Shown piece after piece: positions 21,507 through 29,560 of a DNA stretch of 64,000 nucleotides (positions within the stretch are counted from its first letter, which is position 1; each line of letters starts with the position of its first letter). Source of the stretch: Candidatus Bathyarchaeota archaeon (GTDB lineage: Archaea; Thermoproteota; Bathyarchaeia; 40CM-2-53-6); the NCBI GenBank assembly GCA_963835925.1, contig CAWIHH010000004.1, positions 505,289 to 569,288 of the forward strand, written 5' to 3'. The notes under the pieces were generated by a model. The model was not told where the DNA came from. It did not search any database and saw only the letters and a program-made list of their open reading frames with translations. The translations under genes and the position numbers were made by a program.

Positions 21507-21544
21507 TATGACTGGTCAGTAATATTATCAACCAGTCATATCGC
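21507..21544. promoter_or_regulatory. Operator-like inverted repeat TATGACTGGT-N14-ACCAGTCATA next to a TTTATAG box, upstream of A4
   Basis: Perfect 10-bp arms. The 14-mer ACCAGTCATATCGC recurs exactly upstream of A7 (37149-37162). Confidence 0.5.
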
Positions 21545-21625
21545 GAAACCGCTTTTGCATAGACCTCTGATTGAAGGTGTTCCTAGACCACCGGCGCAAA
21601 CAAAGACAACTGTAAGCTTGTTCCA

Positions 21626-22042
21626 TTATGTGATGCGAATGTTGCCTTGCCATCTGGCCAGTAGGAGAGCCAAAACAACGACGATCACGGCTAGGGGTAG
21701 AAGCCAATCGGTGTTAGCTTGCAGGAATTGCAAGTACGTAGGTACCACTACCGTCATGACGTTGAGACTGGTCAACGTAGCGGTTGTTGTGACCTGAGTG
21801 GTTCCTCCTAAGCTGGTTGATGTGATCTGTCTTGTGGAAGTATTGGTTTGGACTATTAGGACCGTAGTGTTGTGGACCGAATACTCGGTGGTAACGGAGA
21901 TACTTACGAATGTGGTAGTCAAGTAGCCTACAGTACTAGTCACCGTAGCAAGCTGTTGACTACTAACCGTCTGCGACCCCAATGCAAGGAATAGTGAAAG
22001 AAAAAGAAGAATGTAGATCAGACAATTATGCTTAGTCTGCAA
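21626..22042 (-). CDS. Secreted Thr/Ser/Val-rich protein with an N-terminal signal and a C-terminal TM anchor
   Basis: 138 aa. The N-terminus is hydrophobic (LIYILLFLSLFLALG), the core is T/S/V-rich, and the C-terminus reads LLPLAVIVVVLALLLARW. Confidence 0.5.
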   Translation of the reverse strand: MQTKHNCLIYILLFLSLFLALGSQTVSSQQLATVTSTVGYLTTTFVSISVTTEYSVHNTTVLIVQTNTSTRQITSTSLGGTTQVTTTATLTSLNVMTVVVPTYLQFLQANTDWLLPLAVIVVVLALLLARWQGNIRIT

Positions 22043-22368
22043 AATGACCTATCACCAGACAAGAATTGCCCAATGCCATGAAAGCTAAACCCAGTCTTTA
22101 ATGAGATAATTCTCCATATTACAGTTTGCAAAGGTCAAGCCATATAATTGGCAATTCCTCACAAATCTTTCCTTTGCGGTTTATTGAGCAATCGGCTTGG
22201 ATTAGACGCCCCGTTCACCGTTTCAGGTCTTAAGAGATTGCTTCTGTGAGATATTGGCTTGGGTGCGAACGGTTACTCCAATCGTGGAATCTCGGTCGCT
22301 ACTTGGCCACGTTAATGTTATCGGCGAGCGTAATCAAAACACCAGTTGGCAAACATTGAATGGCATCT

Positions 22369-24138
22369 CTAAGAGTACCTTGCCCTCTCGGCACCTGTTA
22401 GGTCGAATATGCTCGCTGTGAAGTGGTCGGTATCCTCGCCTTCCATCAGGCCGAAAGATGAACGAATTGCATCCCTCATGCGCCGCCTATACCCGTAGGG
22501 GTCAGTCTCCGTTGAAGGCGCTTCTGGCGAGAAGTATTCGTCAAGAGCGCTTCTCAGCGACCTTAGCCTTGTCGCCCGCTCGCTCTCACCGAGCGTTAGA
22601 ATTCGATCGTTTTCTTCAATCGCTATTCTTTCTGCTGCTACTTTGAATCGGTTTACCGAGGTTTCAGTTTTGCCATATATTCCGAATTTCTCTCTCTCAT
22701 AGATGGGGTTCTCGATGGATTCTAAGATGAAGTTGGCAAGAGCCTGTCTATCGAGATGTTCCGTTTCATAGCTGATCCATTGATGCCAAGAAGGTAATGA
22801 GACACCTTTGATATACTCCTCTAGGTTTCTGAAGATGAGCCGGTATCCGTACTTGGCAGGAAAATCAAAGGCTAAGGATCCAGGATCAAGAAGAATCATT
22901 TGACCGAACATCGGTCCACCTATAGGGAAGTACCGCTCCAGGTTTCTGAACGTGCCTTTCAGACGCGCCCTCTGATCTAGGAAGCAGAGTTCTTCCCACA
23001 TCTTCCATGTTTCCCGAATGGTTTCTGAGTTTTCTTCAGCCAGGCCCACCATGAAGAAGAAGGTGATTGGAACCCCGAACCTCGAACAGGCATTAGCTGT
23101 TCTCATGTAATCCTCATTCGTCCAGGAACGTCCATGTGACCTTCGCACTTGGTATGATCCAGACTCTGGAGAAATATTCAGAATTGTTCGAATCCCGGTT
23201 CTAGATAGGGCTTCCACAAATCCCTCGTCGGCTGGGCTAAGTAGGTCTATCGCGAGTCTAACACAATCTATCTTTTCCCGGGCCAATCCTGCTATCAGCT
23301 CTTGGCAATACGCCTTCCCTCCCATCCTAGGATCCTGTGAAAGTTCAATGTACTGAACATGCCGCTCGGCGAGCTCCTGCATGTCCTCTATTATCTTTCC
23401 AGGGCTCCTCAGAGAAAGACTTTGCATGCCAAAATAGGTCCTGTAGCTATAGGAAGAACCTCCGCAAGCTGCGCAATTGTATATGCAGCCCCGACAGACA
23501 GGTATCTTCCAAAAGACGGGCATAGATCGCTTGGGCTCAAGGAGATCGGGCTTAGTGAACTCGAATTCATCGAGGGTCACGCTCGGTCTCATAAGCGGAG
23601 CGACAGAGATACTGCCATTCTCGTTACGGCAGGTTACGTTCGGACTTACGCTGAGGGGCTTGTTTCCCATCACGTTCTTAACGAGTTGTAGGAGAGGTTT
23701 TTCCGCCTCTCCTCTGATTACCGCGTCTACGAAACTGAATTTTCGAATAATTTCATCGTGAAAGCAGGTGGCGGTAAGTCCACCCAGAATCACAAGCGAG
23801 TTCGGATGAAGAGCCTTGCATAGTTTTGCTAATTCTATCGCACCTTGACAGTGAACAATCCAGTGCAGGTCAATGGCGTAGATGCGGGCGGACGTGTTCC
23901 TGATGTGACTTTCAACATCGAAGTCGCTACTGCTCACCATTCTAAAACCGATGTTATCCACCAGGGTATTGTATCCGTTTCTGGCCAGATAATTCGCGAT
24001 ACTCAACATTCCGAACGGAACGATTATGAATTGCTCTGTGCTCTCAGCTAGTGTCTGAGCGATAGGCCCTGGAAATGTTACTCGCTTACGGAAATCGTGG
24101 ATTGCAGGCGGATGCAACATTAGGACATCGTACTGCAT
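22369..24138 (-). CDS. B12-binding-domain radical SAM protein (class B-like)
   Basis: 589 aa with an N-terminal Rossmann-like region followed by CRGCIYNCAAC (CxxxCxxC). Confidence 0.7.
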   Translation of the reverse strand: MQYDVLMLHPPAIHDFRKRVTFPGPIAQTLAESTEQFIIVPFGMLSIANYLARNGYNTLVDNIGFRMVSSSDFDVESHIRNTSARIYAIDLHWIVHCQGAIELAKLCKALHPNSLVILGGLTATCFHDEIIRKFSFVDAVIRGEAEKPLLQLVKNVMGNKPLSVSPNVTCRNENGSISVAPLMRPSVTLDEFEFTKPDLLEPKRSMPVFWKIPVCRGCIYNCAACGGSSYSYRTYFGMQSLSLRSPGKIIEDMQELAERHVQYIELSQDPRMGGKAYCQELIAGLAREKIDCVRLAIDLLSPADEGFVEALSRTGIRTILNISPESGSYQVRRSHGRSWTNEDYMRTANACSRFGVPITFFFMVGLAEENSETIRETWKMWEELCFLDQRARLKGTFRNLERYFPIGGPMFGQMILLDPGSLAFDFPAKYGYRLIFRNLEEYIKGVSLPSWHQWISYETEHLDRQALANFILESIENPIYEREKFGIYGKTETSVNRFKVAAERIAIEENDRILTLGESERATRLRSLRSALDEYFSPEAPSTETDPYGYRRRMRDAIRSSFGLMEGEDTDHFTASIFDLTGAERARYS

Positions 24139-24282
24139 TTCTGTTGAGGCTCGAGTTTAGCGGGCTCTAACTGCTATATATACATGTGATATGACTCTCT
24201 CGTTAAGTTACTTGCCGAAGCATATTCAGCAATCTCTGAAACTTCCATCCATTATTGACCGACAATTTAACGATGGTATCGA

Positions 24283-24918
24283 ATGATACTTCAACCGGAA
24301 GGAGAATTCTTGGTCAAGCTTGCCAGGAACACCTTCGTCAGATCACTCACCGAACCTGAGTACATTTCATTACCTAGCGTTGTCCACAACTTGCAAGAGA
24401 AACGCGGTGTCTTCGTAAGGGTCGCGAGATCACCGGACGCATCTTGGACGAAGAAGACGGAAATATTAGGTTGTCTTGGGTACCCTTTTCCTTCAAAAGA
24501 GCTCACTCAAGCCACGATCGACTCTACAGTGGCCTCCGCTGTTCGCATCGCAGAATCTAACGGCTTCAAGATTGGTCGCCTTGACAATTTGCTTTTTGAG
24601 GTGAGTGTGCTTACGAAACCCGAATTACTGAGCGTGAAGAAGCCCACCGAGTATGAGGATAGAATCGAATTGGGCAAAGACGGCTTGTTTGTTCAGTATG
24701 GTTTTGCCAGCGGCCTGATCCTTCCTCAAGTCGCAATCGAACGCAACTACGACGAGAAGGATCTTTTGAGCGAGTGCTGTTCAAAGGCCGGGCTTCCAAA
24801 TGATTCTTGGCTGACTTTGCATGACGTTGACGTGTACAAGTTCCAAGCTGAAATTTTCAGAGAAACATGTACCGACGGGAAAGTGGTGAAGTTTGATCTC
24901 GATACCCACGAGACCTGA
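24283..24918 (+). CDS. AMMECR1-domain protein
   Basis: The motifs RGVFVRV, LGCLGYPFP, VSVLTKPE and GLILPQVAIE..LLSECCSKAGLP match the AMMECR1 signature. Confidence 0.8.
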   Translation: MILQPEGEFLVKLARNTFVRSLTEPEYISLPSVVHNLQEKRGVFVRVARSPDASWTKKTEILGCLGYPFPSKELTQATIDSTVASAVRIAESNGFKIGRLDNLLFEVSVLTKPELLSVKKPTEYEDRIELGKDGLFVQYGFASGLILPQVAIERNYDEKDLLSECCSKAGLPNDSWLTLHDVDVYKFQAEIFRETCTDGKVVKFDLDTHET

Positions 24919-25049
24919 GACAAGCTAAGAATAACAGCGAGTCCTGAACGACTTCGACTAGGTCCACTTGCTTACTCGACTGGTCTTTTGAATTATGATT
25001 TTCGACTCGAAAAGAATGGGAGAGACGCCGAATTGTCTCGGCGCCTTCT

Positions 25050-25637
25050 TTAGGTTGAAGTGGTTGTTGCGGTTGTCAGTCCTGCGTAGTAGGCTTTAGG
25101 TACTGTTCCAAGTTCTGGGCTGAGCACCGTAGCTTTCTTGTCAGCTATAGCCGATGCTAAGGCTGTGTCGTCTCCGAGTGTGAGGACTTGGGTTGGGCAT
25201 GCGCTTACGCATGCTGGCTGTAAGCCTTGATCGAGTCTGTGGAGGCAGAGGTTGCATTTCTGGGGAATCTGAAGTTGGTCATTCCAGAAAATTTTCCCGT
25301 ATGGGCATGCGCCAACGATCTGTTTCTGGCCCCTGCTCTTAACTGGGTCGAAGAGTACGATCCCGTCAGGGCGTTTGTATGCGGCTCCGCCTGTGGCAGC
25401 AGCGACGCATGGAGGCTTGTCACATAACATGCAAGGCTCAGCTATGTATTGGACCTTCACGTTAGGAAACTTGCCCGACTCCTTCTCGGCTATAGACATC
25501 CACAGGTGTCCCGAGTCTGGCTGCGCCAACGAGTACGGTGGCCAGTCATTGTCTACGAATTGGTCCTTGCAGGCGATTGTGCAGACGTTGCATCCGATGC
25601 ATCGCGTTGTGTCAATTAACCACGCGTAGCGAGTCAT
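25050..25637 (-). CDS. Three-cluster ferredoxin subunit B5 (BthL-like)
   Basis: The start is taken at MTRYAWLIDTTRCIGCNVCTIAC. Cys group II lacks its fourth Cys (CMLCDKPPCVAAAT) and group III is reduced to ACPYG. It is a paralog of 37502-38086. Confidence 0.8.
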   Translation of the reverse strand: MTRYAWLIDTTRCIGCNVCTIACKDQFVDNDWPPYSLAQPDSGHLWMSIAEKESGKFPNVKVQYIAEPCMLCDKPPCVAAATGGAAYKRPDGIVLFDPVKSRGQKQIVGACPYGKIFWNDQLQIPQKCNLCLHRLDQGLQPACVSACPTQVLTLGDDTALASAIADKKATVLSPELGTVPKAYYAGLTTATTTST

Positions 25638-25641
25638 GTCT

Positions 25642-28277
25642 CTATCCCGTCCATTTCTCCACCTGTGCCATAATAGAGTTGTAACGTTCTGCGTAGGCGT
25701 GCGGTGACATTCCGTCCCGTGAGCTAAGCGTGTTTGCGTCGGCACCCGCGTCAACGGAGTCTGAGTTTCCAGGTTGGGATGGCTTGTACCAAGACCCTTC
25801 GGCCACCCAAACTACTCCTGGCGTTATTCTTTCAGTTATGTGGGTGTAGCAAAGGATTGCGCCTCTATCGTTGAACACTCTGACCAGGTCTTTCTCCTTG
25901 ATTCCCCGAGAGTTAGCGTCAATTGAGTTGATCCACATGGGTTCGTATCCTTGGTACTTGTAAAGATCTGTTAGCCATGACACGTTGTTCTGCGTACCAT
26001 GGTTGCGGTACTTGGGGTGGGCAGTAGTGACCTGTAATGGGTACTTTTTGCGAGTGGGCTCGATCTGCCCTCTGGGTCAGGGAAGTATTTCGGTACGGTT
26101 CCGATTGCGTTGCTGTTCTCACCGTAAAAGTCAGCTAACATCTGCGAGTAGAATTCGATCTTGCCGGACGGCGTCTTCAGGCCATTATTCACGAAGTCTG
26201 CGTTCGCAGGCATGTTGTAGAACCATCTGAACGCGTTGCTTCGAGGCCAGTCTTTACGCAACGGGAATACATAGTAGCCCTTCGCCTTAAACGCCTCCCA
26301 AGAAAGCGGCGTAGATGATAGTTCGTACAGTTTTCTCAGCCAATCATCCTCGCTGTTGCCTTCGGTGTATTTGTCTGCGAAGCCCAGACGATCCGCTATT
26401 CCCGTAAATACCTGCCAATCAGTCTTTGATTCGTAGAGTGGTTCGATGCATTGATGCTGGTACACCGAGATTCTACTGCTTACCGATACTGGGGTTCGCG
26501 CGGAACCTGAACCACGCGCCGCTTCAGAGACGTCATTATGTTCAAGGTTTGTGTTGATCGGCAGGACAATGTCCGCCCACATCGCATCTTGCTCCATGAA
26601 AATGTTCTGGACGACGAAGAACTCGATCTTGGGATTCTTGTAGGCTTTGGCATACGCACCCCAACCGCTCGCGCCCAAGCTGGAAGCGCCGTTCAGGTAA
26701 ATCATCTTGATCTCAGAGTTTCCGGGCGATGGGTATGTCCATTGTTTGAAGGCATCTTGCGGCACGTTTAACGTCTGGCCGCCGTGCCACTTCAGCGGTG
26801 GGTTTGCTTTGAAATCGGTCAAGATGGCTTCTGGGAAGTTGAGCCAGTCTACAACCTGAGTGATAGGATTGGTTGTTACTGTTTTTGCCACCAAGTTGAT
26901 GCCGCCCGCGTAGCCTGGGATGCACTTTTGCGCAGGATCGAAAGGTACACTCTGATCGTCACATATGTTTACCCCAGGTTTGCCGATACCTTGCATAGTC
27001 GTCAGTAGCGCCATTAATCTGGTCCATTCATGGGCGTAGGATATTCGACAGGCACCGGCATTATAGGCTAATAGGAACGTTGGTTTTGATGCCCATTCTC
27101 TGGCCAAGTTGGTTGTGGTTTGCGCGTCTACACCTGTGATGGTCTGAGCCCATGCAGGGGTTCTGTCGATTCCTCCGTCCACGCCGGGTGCCTTGCCTAA
27201 AACATAGTCGCTGAACTTATCAAACCCAACTGTGTGGGTAGCAACAAATTGCTTATCGTATGTTCCCTCTTTTATCCAAACATTTGCGATGGCCAAAGCA
27301 AGAGCGGTATCCGTTCCCTGATAGATGGGTATCCACTGGTCGCAATAAACTGCTGCGGTGTCCGTGTAAATTGGATTAATCGAGACCTGACGGATGCCCA
27401 ACTCTTTGTACCAAAAACGCCGAACATCAGCATCATGGCCTCTGTACATCGAGTTCGTCACCGCTGCGTCAGTCGACCAATGAATTATCAGCTTGCTGTT
27501 TAGCATCGTATCTTCAACAATGTCGCCCTTCTCGCCCAGCCCCTGTGACCACAAGTAATTCCAAACGTAACCAGTTCCGTAAATCCAGCCAGTCCAGCTG
27601 ACACCGTCCGTGATTCTCTGAGTGTAGCCGCCATACATACCGAAGAACCGATCCCAGTGAGTTCCCATCCCATGCAGCGTTCCCTGTTCCCTATGAGTTG
27701 AACTCCATGCTGTGAAGGCTGAGTTTCCGTACTTCGACTTTATCCGTTGCAATTCCTTAGCGATAGTATCCAACGCTTCGTCCCACGTGATGCGTACAAA
27801 TTCGCCTTTGCCCCTGTTGGAGACATCTCCAACACCACCGGGCTGGAAGCCAACGCGCTTCATCGGGTATTGCATACGGGTCGGCACGTAGACCCTCCTT
27901 CTGGTTGCCATTGCAACTTGACTAGGGTATAGCTTCCTGCCTTGGCTGAAATTCTTCCCTGCCGCAGTTATGGTCCAAGGTGTCGCCTCGTCTTGTCCAT
28001 AGTATATTGGTTCCACCCAACTAATTCTGCCATTCCGTACGTGAATGAAGAGGCTTCCCGTTGTTGTTATTGCCGGGTAGACCTGTTCCTCGACGAGTGG
28101 TACTGTTTGTGTGGCGGTCTGCGTGACCGTGGTTATGGGCCGTAATAGTTGGTTTGCCTCGTAGCCTGCACCTACTCCCACAACTACGGCTGCGGCGAGA
28201 ATTCCAGACCATTTCAGCATTGAACGTCTACTGATCTTCTGATCTGTAACTGATTCGTTCTTCTTTTCTTCAGACAT
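25642..28277 (-). pseudogene. Molybdopterin catalytic subunit A5 (no N-terminal Fe-S motif, Tat signal SRRSMLKW), frame broken in the T5 run at 26045-26049
   Basis: ..DPEGRSSPLAK joins KYPLQVTTAHPKYRNHGTQNNVSWLTDLYKY if the A run on the coding strand is 6 rather than 5. It is colinear with the intact A8. Confidence 0.85.
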
Positions 28278-28340
28278 ATTTCTCTAATTTCCTATTCAGA
28301 TTTGTTTGTTGCGTGACCGCAACTCGGCCTGCTCCTTCAG
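28278..28340 (-). promoter_or_regulatory. 5' leader of A5: hairpin GTTGCG-gtca-CGCAAC followed by AAACAAATCTGAATAGGAAATTAGAGAAAT before the ATG
   Basis: Near-identical to the A6 leader at 32162-32225. Related blocks precede A1, A2, A4 and A8. Confidence 0.5.
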
Positions 28341-28800
28341 AGCAAGCCTGAAGGAGAGAACACTATCGTTGTTGATCAGGCAACATTAAGGAAAAGAGAC
28401 CGACAGACAATATACGACTATGCTATGTACAAATTTTGCTTCTACATGTTGTAGTGACACGATATTACTAACTGGCAAGTATTTACCTCTTCACGCATAG
28501 TCGCGTGCTCGCAATGTTCTTCGATCACGTGGCAGCATGAGAAACCCTACACAGAGCAACGATCACGCGAGTCGACCAGGTGATCAGCGTAACTCTCCAT
28601 CTGGACGAGAAGGACTTGGAGAAATGGACCAAGTTGATTGAAGAACTCACCCAACACGAAGCAGCCGTGCTTTGATCTCTAGAACAGCATGCGACCACGC
28701 CATTAGTCAGACTGAGAGTGACCGCCCCCTCAATTCAGCCACGCTCAAAATCTGACAACTATCAAGAAAAAGTCATGGTATAGGAATGCGGTTTGTACTG

Positions 28801-29550
28801 TTAAGATTCTGTTGTTGTAGTGTAGTGCTGCAGATCCTCAACGCTAGTGGCTTTCAGCACGAGCTTATTCCGTGTCATTAATCCGTCAGGGATGCCCGTT
28901 ACGTCGCTGGGCGATGCGTAGAATTGCGTTCCAGTCGGGGTTCTCGCGTTGATTTGTAACGCTTTGTTCGGGTCGAATGTCACCAGTGATTTTTTCGCTG
29001 CAACCTTCGGTTTGAAAATTACTGCTGGGTTGGTCTGGGCGGAGTTGGGTAGTCCCTCAAGATCTCTGTTCGTTCCATACTTGTTCTGGAGGGTCTCCAG
29101 CGTGTCAAAGTCCAATGCTCTGGTCACGCATGACATGACGCAAATTGGTTTGAGTCCTTGTTCGAGACGGTCGATGCACATGTTGCACTTTGACGCATTC
29201 GCTATGGGTGCATCCGAGTCGAATACAATCGCTCCGTAGGGGCATGCTTGCCAAGCTTGCCTCATGCTTGGGCTTGAAGCCTTGTCAGGGTCGACCAGCA
29301 CCGCGCCGTACTTATCTTCCTTGAACATGGCTCCGTTCGCAGCGTCAACGCACAGCGGGTTCTCACAGTGATAGCATGGAGCAAATACGACGTTAATTCG
29401 TGGTGTGGGCCAAGTTCCTGTCTCCCATTGATATATCCGGGCCCATTTGACAGGACCTGGTGGCAGGTTGTTCCAGTCCTTACATGTTACTGCACAGGAT
29501 CCGCAATGGGTGCATCGAGATTGATCGAAGAAGAATCCGTATTGTGGCAT
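28801..29550 (-). CDS. Three-cluster ferredoxin subunit B6 with a C-terminal extension (BthL-like)
   Basis: Cys groups are CTHCGSCAVTC, CYHCENPLCVDAA (fourth Cys missing), ACPYG only, and CNMC..CVMSC. A tail of about 90 aa follows. Confidence 0.8.
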   Translation of the reverse strand: MPQYGFFFDQSRCTHCGSCAVTCKDWNNLPPGPVKWARIYQWETGTWPTPRINVVFAPCYHCENPLCVDAANGAMFKEDKYGAVLVDPDKASSPSMRQAWQACPYGAIVFDSDAPIANASKCNMCIDRLEQGLKPICVMSCVTRALDFDTLETLQNKYGTNRDLEGLPNSAQTNPAVIFKPKVAAKKSLVTFDPNKALQINARTPTGTQFYASPSDVTGIPDGLMTRNKLVLKATSVEDLQHYTTTTES

Positions 29551-29560
29551 TCAGATCACC

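Noticed and set aside
25638-25754. A 39-codon N-terminal extension of the B5 ORF overlaps the end of A5.
   Set aside because: The paralog B8 starts at the equivalent MTRYA.., and the extension overlaps A5 coding sequence. The start is taken at 25637.
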